From: Spirochaetota bacterium
GTDB taxonomy: Bacteria > Spirochaetota > UBA6919 > CBDBPB01
Direction: 5' to 3'
DNA: 64,000 nucleotides
Assembly: GCA_965208615.1 (NCBI GenBank)
Contig: CBDBPB010000004.1
Span: forward strand, 128,001 to 192,000
Shown: one piece after another, positions 40,598 through 50,435 of the stretch
Layout: every line of letters starts with the position of its first letter
Numbering within the stretch: position 1 is the first letter of the stretch
Translations under genes and position numbers: made by a program
The notes under the pieces: model-generated
Told to the model about the DNA's origin: nothing
The model's input: only the letters and a program-made list of their open reading frames with translations
Database searches by the model: none

Positions 40598-42040
40598 CTA
40601 CTCAAATAAGTTCTGCCACATACTATCAACTTTTTTCTTTACGGAATCACTCATTTTAATAGTCTCGGGATAGTTTCTCATAATACCTTCATTCTCCCAG
40701 CGAGTAGTAGCATCAAAACCCATCTTAACCCCTCCCATAGGATAAGGAGAAGAGTGATCCAGCTGATCTAATGGTCCTTCTGTAAGTAATACATCCCGTT
40801 TTGGATCAACATTATTCCCCAGCTTCCACATAACCTCATTAACACTTTGAACATTAACATCTTCATCAACTATTACAATAAATTTAGTTAACATCATTTG
40901 TCCAAGCCCCCAAAGGGCATTCATTACCTTCTTACCATGATAGGGATAGTCCTTTTTTATAGATACAAAAACAAAGTTATGGAATACGCCAAACTCAGGA
41001 AAGTGCATATCAACAATCTCAGGCACTATCATCTTTATCATAGGTAAAAATAACCTTTCAGTAGCCTTACCCATATATGTATCCTCCATAGGAGGCTTTC
41101 CAACAATAATAGAAGGATATATAGGTTTATTCCGTCTTGTAATGGCAGTAATATGGAATACGGGGAACATTCCTGCTTCAGAATAGTAACCCGTATGATC
41201 ACCAAAAGGTCCCTCTATCTTAAGATCTTCATTGGGATCAACATAACCTTCTAATATGATCTCTGCATTGGCAGGTACTTTAAGATCAATAGTCTTGCAT
41301 TGAACCATGTCAATACTGCCTTTCATTAAAAAACATGCAAAAGTTATCTCATCAACAAAAGGTGGACAAGGTGCAGTAGCAGAAAAAATAAGACTAGGCG
41401 GTCCACCTAATACTACAGCAACCTCCATTTTTTTTCCAAGACGCTTATGCTTTCTATAGTTAACAGCACCATCATGATGTTCGTGCCAATGCATTCCAGT
41501 AGTATTTTTATCAAATACCTGAAGTCTATACATTCCAGCGTTAAGCCTATCATTCTCTGGATCTTTGGTAATAACTATTGGCAGTGTAATATAGCGTCCA
41601 GCATCATGAGGCCAGCACTTTAATATGGGTATACTAAATAAATCAATATTACTTTCTATAACTTCCTGACATACAGCTTTTTTAACCGTTTTACTGTGAT
41701 AAGAAAACAGCTTTCCATATTTAGGAAAAAGTTTAATTCCTTCCATCAGGCTCTTAGGAGGAGAAATACTAATAATATCCTTGATTTCATAAGCCAGCTC
41801 TTCAATATCACTAACACCTAATGCCATAGCCATACGCTTATCAGAACCAAATAAATTCATTACTACAGGAATATCACTATCCAAAGGATTCTCAAAAAGA
41901 ACTGCCTTTCCACGATCCTTACAAATACGATCAACTATCTCTGACATCTCTAATATAGGATCAACGGTTTTCTTTATGCGTATAATTTCATTTTTACTTT
42001 CTAATAAATCAATAAAATCCGATATACTACTAAGCTTCAA
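40598..42040 (-). CDS. UbiD family decarboxylase (futalosine-pathway MqnL-like)
   Basis: NLFGS, WPHDAGRYITLP, GMYRLQ, EGPFGDHTGYY, VGKPPMED, KKVMNALWGLGQMMLTK; TTG start. Confidence 0.93.
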   Translation of the reverse strand: MKLSSISDFIDLLESKNEIIRIKKTVDPILEMSEIVDRICKDRGKAVLFENPLDSDIPVVMNLFGSDKRMAMALGVSDIEELAYEIKDIISISPPKSLMEGIKLFPKYGKLFSYHSKTVKKAVCQEVIESNIDLFSIPILKCWPHDAGRYITLPIVITKDPENDRLNAGMYRLQVFDKNTTGMHWHEHHDGAVNYRKHKRLGKKMEVAVVLGGPPSLIFSATAPCPPFVDEITFACFLMKGSIDMVQCKTIDLKVPANAEIILEGYVDPNEDLKIEGPFGDHTGYYSEAGMFPVFHITAITRRNKPIYPSIIVGKPPMEDTYMGKATERLFLPMIKMIVPEIVDMHFPEFGVFHNFVFVSIKKDYPYHGKKVMNALWGLGQMMLTKFIVIVDEDVNVQSVNEVMWKLGNNVDPKRDVLLTEGPLDQLDHSSPYPMGGVKMGFDATTRWENEGIMRNYPETIKMSDSVKKKVDSMWQNLFE

Positions 42041-42282
42041 AATTATATCTCCAACTTATTGTTAGCTAAGATTAGTTTTTCATAAAAAATATTATAAAAT
42101 AGTAAGATTTTATATAACATAAATAAAGAAAATTAACCATAATATAGCTTTGTAATATAACAAGTCCCTAAAGTATAATTAATGGTCTTTTTTCAGTTAT
42201 ATTTCATCAAAATATATTTTAAGTTTTAAATATATTTAGAAAATATGCTTTTTACAAGTATAAATATTATAATTTATTACTC

Positions 42283-42579
42283 TTATCGTTTATAAGGTTC
42301 AGGAATATTAATAGTCAAATCTTTAACGGAATAAAGTTGGCAAGCTAGTCTCCAGTTTTGCTTAATTTTAACTTCACCTAAACGGAATTTCTCAACATCA
42401 TTAGGAGGCAGTAGAAAGTTATTATTTTTTAATATCTGTACTTTACAAGTACCGCAATTACCCCGTCCTCCGCACATAGACTCAATATTTACATCAAGTA
42501 TTTTAAAGTTGTTAAGCAAGCTAATTGCGGGATTATACTCAACTGTTAGGTTACGATTTTCAATAGTTACTTTGGACAT
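42283..42579 (-). CDS. 2Fe-2S ferredoxin-like protein
   Basis: CGGRGNCGTC ... RLACQ. Confidence 0.9.
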   Translation of the reverse strand: MSKVTIENRNLTVEYNPAISLLNNFKILDVNIESMCGGRGNCGTCKVQILKNNNFLLPPNDVEKFRLGEVKIKQNWRLACQLYSVKDLTINIPEPYKR

Positions 42580-42655
42580 ATTATAACCACTATTAATTTA
42601 TTCCAGATGGCTATAAGTTTGATTTAGACAAAAAAATAAGACCTTTTTATAAACC

Positions 42656-43492
42656 TTAGTTTTTTTGTCCGTTTCTAATGGCACGTTTTCGTTGTTGCTC
42701 TTTTATCTCTTCTTCTTTATTTAACATTTGATTCCAGCTTTCAATGGTTTTCTTACTTGTTCCCACTTCTTCCTGACTACCCAAAAGAGAGTTAATTTTT
42801 CTAAGAGCTTCTTGGAAATTAATAGCCTGTTTAATATCCACAACTTCTTTAGTCCCCAACATATACTTTTCTCTAAATTTATGACTTATAGCTTGAAGGT
42901 CAATTTTAATCATATTAAGGAGTTCAACATTTTCTGCAAAATAAGCATCCGTAGGACTATTTATTGATAAACGTTTATAATCCAGCAAGTTTTTAAATAT
43001 AGTTACGTAGCGTCCGTACATATCAACAAAACTCCACTTATATTTGCTATTTTCTCCATAGCCGTCTTCAATCATTTTTAATATGATTTGAAGTTTTTTA
43101 ATTATATTCAATACACGCTTTGGATTTAGCTTATCCAAGGACTTAAGGATTTCTTGTTTTTCATGCAAGGGTTCATCCACAAAGTTTCCGAGAAACTTTT
43201 CAAACTCTATTAGAGCTTTAAAGTATGTTTTTCTGGCATCATTTAAAAAATCGTCATTTTTCTTTTTCATATATACTTCGGATGTTTTACTCATCTCACA
43301 TGATAACCTGCATATTTCAAGATGTTCATTACTTATGGCTATATGATAGTAGTTTTCAAAGCTATACGAATCTTCATTTATATCCTTTTCAAGCTTAGTT
43401 AGTCTTGCCATTCTATTAACTATTAGCCCTTTGATACGTTTTATTTCCTCTTGATATTTTAATTTGTCTTCTACGGATATCTTTTTAGCCAT
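42656..43492 (-). CDS. Hypothetical helical protein
   Basis: 278 aa ORF with AAGG RBS; resembles, from memory only, an uncharacterised spirochaete family (SKYKWSFVDMYGR). Confidence 0.75.
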   Translation of the reverse strand: MAKKISVEDKLKYQEEIKRIKGLIVNRMARLTKLEKDINEDSYSFENYYHIAISNEHLEICRLSCEMSKTSEVYMKKKNDDFLNDARKTYFKALIEFEKFLGNFVDEPLHEKQEILKSLDKLNPKRVLNIIKKLQIILKMIEDGYGENSKYKWSFVDMYGRYVTIFKNLLDYKRLSINSPTDAYFAENVELLNMIKIDLQAISHKFREKYMLGTKEVVDIKQAINFQEALRKINSLLGSQEEVGTSKKTIESWNQMLNKEEEIKEQQRKRAIRNGQKN

Positions 43493-43642
43493 AAATATTT
43501 ACCTTAAGGTTATTTTATAGTTATTGTATTTTTAATAATTTGATTAAGCCATTATACCTCTAATTAATTTTGTGTTAATTAAGCTTTATCTTAATATTTA
43601 TCGATCATTTAATAATAAAAATAAATAAAATAAGAATTATAT

Positions 43643-44192
43643 ATTAACAAGCGTTTTAGCAAATATAACAAAAAAGGTTTTATCGGGCGATTTTGTTAGT
43701 GAAGGTTTTAGGAAGTTATTTTTTTATTTGTTATTTACTCATAGAGGATTAGCTATACTTTTTGAGGCTTTACATATAAAGTCAATATGTGATATTTAAA
43801 TAATCTGCTCTAAGGCTTTATGGAACGGCAAATCCGTTATCACTTAATAAAGGTGTATAATTCTTAGTCTCAGTAAGGGATTCTTAATAGCTCTCGTAGT
43901 GATGACTACTTGCATAAAAAGTGATATTTTGTGTTCATTGCTGAAGTATTTAAGCAGTACTTAAAGAGCATAAAGGGATAACCTGCTTGAGACAAGAAAA
44001 TAGCTTTTCCGTAAATATCTTAACTTTCCTGTTCCATAAAGAAATCTAAAATCTATCTGCCTTTACGTTATATGTCTTCTTTTTGCCTTGTAGACTTTGT
44101 CATAAATCTATCATAAAATGATAACTGAATTATTAAATAATATCCCCTTAACCTTAATAAAAAAATAAATATACTTACTCGTCTGACTCAAA
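43643..44192 (-). repeat. Dispersed non-coding element, copy C body (inverted); 304-bp inner module at 43772-44075
   Basis: Reverse complement aligns with copies A, B and D; most diverged of the four copies. Confidence 0.92.
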
Positions 44193-45200
44193 ACCTAAGC
44201 CTACATGTTTATATTTATCCCCATTGTCAATAACCTATTTCACTGCCTTTTTACTTTCATCAGAACACTTTCTATAACTTCATAATCTCTATTTTACTAA
44301 GCTTTAAATAGATAAACTAACTAGAGTACTTTTGAGCTACACTACTAAAACAATTAGTAACACCTAAACCTACATGTTTATATCTATCCCCATTGTCAAA
44401 AACCTATTTCATAACCTTTTTACCTTCATCAGAACACTTTCTATAACTTCATAATCTCTATTTTACTAAGCTTTAAATAGATAAACTAACTAGAGTACTT
44501 TTGAGCTACACTACTAAAACAATTAGTAACACCTAAACCTACATGCTTATATCTATCCCCATTGTCAAAAACCTATTTCATAACCTTTTTACCTTCATCA
44601 GAACACTTTCTATAACTTCATAATCTCTATTTTTTAAGCTTTAAATAGATAAACTAACTAGAGTACTTTTGAGCTACACTACTAAAACAATTAGTAACAC
44701 CTAAACCTACATGCTTATATCTATCCCCATTGTCAATAACCTATTTCACTGCCTTTTTACCTTCATCAGAACACTTTCTATAACTTCATAATCTCTATTT
44801 TACTAAGCTTTAAATAGATAAACTAACTAGAGTACTTTTGAGCTACACTACTAAAACAATTAGTAACACCTAAACCTACATGCTTATATCTATCCCCATT
44901 GTCAAAAACCTATTTCATAACCTTTTTACCTTCATCAGAACACTTTCTATAACTTCATAATCTCTATTTTACTAAGCTTTAAATAGATAAACTAACTAGA
45001 GTACTTTTGAGCTACACTACTAAAACAATTAGTAACACCTAAACCTACATGCTTATATCTATCCCCATTGTCAATAACCTATTTCATAACCTTTTTACCT
45101 TCATCAGAACACTTTCTATAACTTCATAATCTCTATTTTACTAAGCTTTAAATAGATAAATTAGCTAGAATACTTTAGTAACACTATCCTAAAACATCGT
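44193..45200 (-). repeat. Tandem array C: ~6 x 169-bp units (one is 168 bp; outermost core degenerate)
   Basis: ACCTAARCCTACATG recurs at 44193, 44362, 44531, 44699, 44868 and 45037; the minus-strand unit begins GTTACTAATTGTTTTAGTAGTGTAGCTCAAAAGTACTCTAGTTAGTTTATCTATTTAAAGCTT, homologous to the array A core. Confidence 0.97.
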
Positions 45201-45275
45201 AGTCGTTAATTATATTAAGTTTGAGTCGATTATATCGATAATATACCCTAATTCTATAAACTGGTGGTATAATTT

Positions 45276-46784
45276 ATGAGACTAGGTATAGCTGTAATAT
45301 CTACGCTGAATACAAAATGGGCAAAAACTAATATAGTTGATAATATGTCCTCTGTTGACTACGTTAAAAACCTTGTTGATAATATATATGCAGAAAGGGT
45401 ATGGCATTTTATAAATGAAGATGAACTTGATAAGCCATTTTATGAGTCTATATTTAATAGCTATTCTATGGTAAAAAAGGATGTATATTCATTTTTAACA
45501 AAGTGTATAGAGGTGTTTAACAAACAGGATACAATACTAATTATATATACAGATTCCCCCTTAAACAGTATAGACCTTATAAAACACCTATTAGACCTAC
45601 ACCAAAAAGAAATGACCGAATATACTTTTACAGAAAACTATCCCAATGGAATTGGTGCTGAGGTTATATCCTATGCTACTTTGGAAAAACTTAAAAATAT
45701 ATCATCGGGGAATAATAGTACATTTACTAAAAACTCCATATCAAAGCTAATAAACCTTGATATTAACCACTACGATGTTGATGTATTAATATCCCAAAAG
45801 GATGTTAGAAAAGAACGTCTTAGTCTAACTTGTGATAGTTACTTAAATTATATGGTTGTTAAGGGTTTTATTGACAAGCTCTACGAATTAGGTTATGATA
45901 TATCTACTGATAATATATACTCTATAATTGATGACTATCCACAGCTTATGAGGACTATACCTGCATACGTTGAGATTGAGATTACTAATGACTGTAACTC
46001 CAGCTGTGATATTTGTCCAAGAACTAATATAATGGATAGGCCTATACGCAATATGACTTTGGATGAGTATAAGCAAATAGTTAATGGTCTTAAGGATATG
46101 TGTGATGAGCTTACTATTGCATTAACCCTTATGGGTGAGCCTACTCTACACCCTAACATAGTGGATATTATAGACTTTAGCTTATCTATAAAGGGTATAA
46201 CTCTTATATTAGAGACTAACGGCTTATTATTAGATAATGTTATGGTAGATAATATTATGAAGCTTAAAACTGATAATCTTATAATTATAGTTGCTTTGGA
46301 TAGCCCTAATGCAGAGTTATACAAAGAAATTAGGGGTATTGACGGCTTTAAGACAGTAGAGGATAATATATCATATATTTTAAATAAGTTTGCTAAAAAC
46401 ACTTATCTTCAAATAATAAGGCTAAGGGATAATAATGACCTTTTAGACCTCTACTACAAAAGGTGGAACCAATATAAAGATCATATTATTATGCAAAAGT
46501 ATAACTCCTATAGAAATGATCTATCAGACCTAAAGGCTGTAGACTTATCCCCCCTTAGACGATTCTCATGCTGGCACCTAAAACGGGATATGCTAATATT
46601 AAGTAATGGTACTGTGCCTTTTTGTAAGCAGGATATTAATGGTATTAAGGCTGTGGGTAACGCTTTTGAAGAAGGTGTTAAGGTTTTATGGCAAAACTTA
46701 GAAAAGGCTTTTATAGACGATCACAACGACAATATAAATGACTTTTGCAAAAACTGTGATGAGTGGTTTACATATAATTTTTAG
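45276..46784 (+). CDS. Spiro-SPASM radical SAM protein
   Basis: Cytidylyltransferase-like N-terminus (YPNGIGAEV), CNSSCDIC motif, MGEPTLHP, DLSPLRRFSCWHLKRDM, C-terminal CKNCDEWFTYNF. Confidence 0.9.
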   Translation: MRLGIAVISTLNTKWAKTNIVDNMSSVDYVKNLVDNIYAERVWHFINEDELDKPFYESIFNSYSMVKKDVYSFLTKCIEVFNKQDTILIIYTDSPLNSIDLIKHLLDLHQKEMTEYTFTENYPNGIGAEVISYATLEKLKNISSGNNSTFTKNSISKLINLDINHYDVDVLISQKDVRKERLSLTCDSYLNYMVVKGFIDKLYELGYDISTDNIYSIIDDYPQLMRTIPAYVEIEITNDCNSSCDICPRTNIMDRPIRNMTLDEYKQIVNGLKDMCDELTIALTLMGEPTLHPNIVDIIDFSLSIKGITLILETNGLLLDNVMVDNIMKLKTDNLIIIVALDSPNAELYKEIRGIDGFKTVEDNISYILNKFAKNTYLQIIRLRDNNDLLDLYYKRWNQYKDHIIMQKYNSYRNDLSDLKAVDLSPLRRFSCWHLKRDMLILSNGTVPFCKQDINGIKAVGNAFEEGVKVLWQNLEKAFIDDHNDNINDFCKNCDEWFTYNF

Positions 46785-46884
46785 TTTAACCTAAAACTAA
46801 TATATATTTTGACTTTACTATTATTATTTGTTAGTTTTACTTAAAATTATTAATACTTTTATAAATTAAGATAAGGGGAATATA

Positions 46885-47388
46885 TTGATATCAAGTAAAT
46901 TAGCTAAAGAGTTAAACATACAACTAAAAAATGAATATTACTCAGCATACTTTTATATGGGTATAGCTTCATATTTTGCCTCTATAAACCTAGACGGATT
47001 TGAAAAGTTTATGCTTACTCAAACAGAAGAAGAACAATTTCACTGTATGAAGTTCTATAACTATCTTAAGATGAGGGGTATAAAAATTGAGCTTTATAGT
47101 TTGGATCAGCCAAAGTTTGAATTTGACTCCCCAAAGGATGCCTTTAAAGCTGCCTTAGATCATGAAAAGGCGGTATCTGGGTCTATATATAAGCTTATGG
47201 ACATTGCAACTACAGAAAAAGAATATGCTACTGTTAGCTTTTTAAAATGGTTTATGGATGAACAAGTCGAAGAAGAAAGTGTTTTTGAGTCATGGCTATC
47301 TAAACTAAATCAGGTTGGTAATGATGGTGCGGGTTTATTAATGCTAAGCAAAGAGGCTGGAGAGCGTACTTTCACTCCTGATCAATAA
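46885..47388 (+). CDS. ftnA: Non-heme ferritin
   Basis: NEYYSAYFY, QTEEEQFH, HEKAVS, FLKWFMDEQVEEE ferroxidase residues; TTG start. Confidence 0.93.
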   Translation: MISSKLAKELNIQLKNEYYSAYFYMGIASYFASINLDGFEKFMLTQTEEEQFHCMKFYNYLKMRGIKIELYSLDQPKFEFDSPKDAFKAALDHEKAVSGSIYKLMDIATTEKEYATVSFLKWFMDEQVEEESVFESWLSKLNQVGNDGAGLLMLSKEAGERTFTPDQ

Positions 47389-47441
47389 ACACTTATTACT
47401 ACTACTTTGTATTTTAATATAAAAATTATAATGGAGGGCTT

Positions 47442-48245
47442 GTGAAAAAATTATTGCTACTATTTAGTATATTTTTAATAATTGCTTGTACTAGTCAAAA
47501 TGTTATACCAAACTCTAGTGAGGTTCTAAATAAAGGGGGTAAAATTGATATAGTATCGTTTTATAAGGATAATCCAAAGTATATTGTTTATTATGATCTA
47601 AAAATGAGAGCTTTTTATGTAAACCTTATAAAGGCTGATAAAAAAAACTCTGATAAAAAAGGGAGTATAAATAAGCCTAAAAACTCTCAAAGCCTATCCC
47701 AACTTGGGGGTAGACCTATAAGTATAAAAAAAGGTTCTAGTAAGGTTGAGTATAAGGATGAGTATACTATAAAGGCTAGGAGTATGCTTGAGAGGTTTAA
47801 TATTAACAATTATTTAATGAAGCATTTTATACTTAAGTTTAAGCAGAGGGAGTCTAATATTACTCTAGGTTTTAATTTGGATGCCTCTAAGAGAGTTGCT
47901 CCTTTTGTGAAACATAGTTCTATCAGCTCCGACAGGGATTTTGCTAATATTAAGGATTCTTTAAATTCCAACTTGGTATTAGAACTTCGTATCCTAAAAC
48001 TTCTTATAGAGGAGGATGAGCAAAGGTTTTTATCTACGTGGAATATTACAATGGTTGCAAAGGGCATTCTTTATAACTTAGATACTAATACAAGGCTTTG
48101 GGAGTCTAGTCCTATAGAGTATCAACTTGAAACGCCTACTTTTTCAAGCTTTAAGGAGTCGAGGAAAAAAAGCTTGCAGGAAAACTTTGAAGATTTATCA
48201 GAAAAGATTGCAGATAAGTTAGTTGATGCCTTTTTTGATAAATAG
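47442..48245 (+). CDS. Hypothetical lipoprotein
   Basis: MKKLLLLFSIFLIIAC lipobox; GGAGG RBS; GTG start. Confidence 0.75.
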   Translation: MKKLLLLFSIFLIIACTSQNVIPNSSEVLNKGGKIDIVSFYKDNPKYIVYYDLKMRAFYVNLIKADKKNSDKKGSINKPKNSQSLSQLGGRPISIKKGSSKVEYKDEYTIKARSMLERFNINNYLMKHFILKFKQRESNITLGFNLDASKRVAPFVKHSSISSDRDFANIKDSLNSNLVLELRILKLLIEEDEQRFLSTWNITMVAKGILYNLDTNTRLWESSPIEYQLETPTFSSFKESRKKSLQENFEDLSEKIADKLVDAFFDK

Positions 48246-48250
48246 TTATT

Positions 48251-49144
48251 TTATTTGGATAACTCTTCTTTTAAGCTATTAATGGTTTTATTCTGTTTAA
48301 TTTTAAGTATTATCATATAGATATTTAATATAGTGGCTTCAAATATAAGAAATAGGTCTATTCGGTTAAATGCTGCAAATATCATAATATATGTAACATG
48401 ATTTGTAGACCCTATAAAAGACCACAGTCTTAGTAGACCACTATTTTTTGCTTTATATAGCTGGCTAAAGTTTTCTGATATTTCATACTTATCACTTAGA
48501 TTATTTTTTTTATTGAGTTTTTGTTGAACAGCTGTATAGGCCAAATATATCCTCAATAAAAGCTGATTAAACCACTTATTATTTTCAATAGAGTTAAGTT
48601 CATTTTTAATTAATTCTATTGTAGTACTCTCACTTTCATAGCTTTTCGTTGTATACTTTATATATTCATTACGATAGTAGTCAAAGAATACTGTTTGAAA
48701 GTAGTGTCCAAGTGATGCCGCTATTGCTATTATCAATATTATTAAGCCGTAGTTTTCTAGTCCTTCTATCATTAGTATAGGTTCACTATAGAATTTTAGT
48801 ACAGAGGCAAGATAAATACTAGTAAAAACTAAATAGTCAGAAAGTCCATCTAGTATTCTACCTGCCATTGACCCTCCTGATGGTCTGGTTCTGGCAAGCT
48901 GTCCATCACTACAGTCAAATATATTGGATAGCATTAATAAAAATATACCAGTTATTATATAAGCGTATTCTGAAAAGTATAAAAACCCACCGGATGCTAT
49001 ACCTAATAACAAGGATATAATGGTTAGATGATTTGGCGTTATTGATGTATTAACAACTCCTTTTACTATAAGCCATGCCGCTGGTCTATAAAAGAAGTAA
49101 TCTAGGTGTTCTTCTGTATCATAGGGTTTAAAACTGTGCTTCAT
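48251..49144 (-). CDS. CDP-alcohol phosphatidyltransferase family protein
   Basis: ITPNHLT and DCSDGQLAR...GRILDGLSD signature. Confidence 0.92.
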   Translation of the reverse strand: MKHSFKPYDTEEHLDYFFYRPAAWLIVKGVVNTSITPNHLTIISLLLGIASGGFLYFSEYAYIITGIFLLMLSNIFDCSDGQLARTRPSGGSMAGRILDGLSDYLVFTSIYLASVLKFYSEPILMIEGLENYGLIILIIAIAASLGHYFQTVFFDYYRNEYIKYTTKSYESESTTIELIKNELNSIENNKWFNQLLLRIYLAYTAVQQKLNKKNNLSDKYEISENFSQLYKAKNSGLLRLWSFIGSTNHVTYIMIFAAFNRIDLFLIFEATILNIYMIILKIKQNKTINSLKEELSK

Positions 49145-49149
49145 TTATT

Positions 49150-50217
49150 TTAGTAAGTAGGCATTTTTTTAAGGGTTAATTTATTCACAATACTCAGAAC
49201 AGTCTGATTATGTATTTCTGTTCCCAGCGATATTCTTGCATAGCCAATAAAAGACGGTTCAGTAAAGAATTTAATTATTATACCTTCTTTTTTTAGTTCA
49301 CTGTCCAAAGGCTTTTGTATTTTATTTGGTATTTTAACCAGTATAAAGTTTGAGCTAGACTTATATGCAGTTATACCATCTATTTTATTTAGTTCATGGA
49401 ATAGCATTTCTCTATCTTTAATAATAGACTTAACCACTTGACCATAATATCCGTTAGAGTTAAGGGCAGCTACTGCAAGACGTTCAGATATTCTATTAAA
49501 GCCTAAAATCTTATTATAAAACTTCATTCTATCCCTTACTTCAGCCTTAGAAAAAGCGTATCCAATACGCACTCCAGCAAGGGCATAGTATTTTGAGAAA
49601 GAACGTACTACAATTAAGTTACTATATTTTTCTAATAGTTCTATAATTTTATTAGTTGTATCCTCATTAGTGAATCCCCAATAAGTCTCATCAAGACAAA
49701 CTATTCCATCTTTATGTACTTTTAAGAGTTCCTCTAGTTCATTTAGGTCTACGTAATTACCAGTTGGATTATTGGGAGCACAAACTAATATTAATTTTGA
49801 ATTATATTTTTTTTTATATTCCAGTATAGTTTTAATATTGGTTATAAACTCTGTTCCTTTTTGATCAAGGGGATAGTTAATTGGATTAGCATTTCTTTGT
49901 TCCACAAGGGTATTATAGTACCACCATGACTTAGCAGGTAGAAGTACATTATCTCCCTGGGATATATATAGAGTGAAAAGTGTTTTTATAATATCTTCAG
50001 CTCCATAGCCTAAGATTATATCCTCAACGGATATATTAAATCTTTTAGCTATTTCTTGTTCTATAACCCCGATACTACTGCGAGAGTAATAAATAAAGTC
50101 ATCAATTGATATATTTTTTACTACATCATAACAATCTGGTGCTGGACCGTATAGATTTTCATTTTTATTTAGTTGTATCATATTTTGACCAGTTTTTTTC
50201 ATTAAGTTAGTCTCCAT
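49150..50217 (-). CDS. PLP-dependent class I/II enzyme (HisC/CobD-like)
   Basis: LNKNEN, PNNPTG, DETY, RSFSKYYALAGVRIGY. Confidence 0.88.
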   Translation of the reverse strand: METNLMKKTGQNMIQLNKNENLYGPAPDCYDVVKNISIDDFIYYSRSSIGVIEQEIAKRFNISVEDIILGYGAEDIIKTLFTLYISQGDNVLLPAKSWWYYNTLVEQRNANPINYPLDQKGTEFITNIKTILEYKKKYNSKLILVCAPNNPTGNYVDLNELEELLKVHKDGIVCLDETYWGFTNEDTTNKIIELLEKYSNLIVVRSFSKYYALAGVRIGYAFSKAEVRDRMKFYNKILGFNRISERLAVAALNSNGYYGQVVKSIIKDREMLFHELNKIDGITAYKSSSNFILVKIPNKIQKPLDSELKKEGIIIKFFTEPSFIGYARISLGTEIHNQTVLSIVNKLTLKKMPTY

Positions 50218-50435
50218 ATTATAAATCTATATTTATTTTCTAAAATACAAAATAGTTATCATGCTAGCTTAAAAGAAGGCTAAAGTTTATAATAAGTATT
50301 TATATAAATAATACAAAACTTTTAAAAGTCAATTTACTATTTTTTGCTTATTTTTTTATACTATAAAGCTTCGTTTAAAAAACAATAATAACAATACTCT
50401 AGTTTATAGTTATTGTATAATTCCTGTTAAACCCT

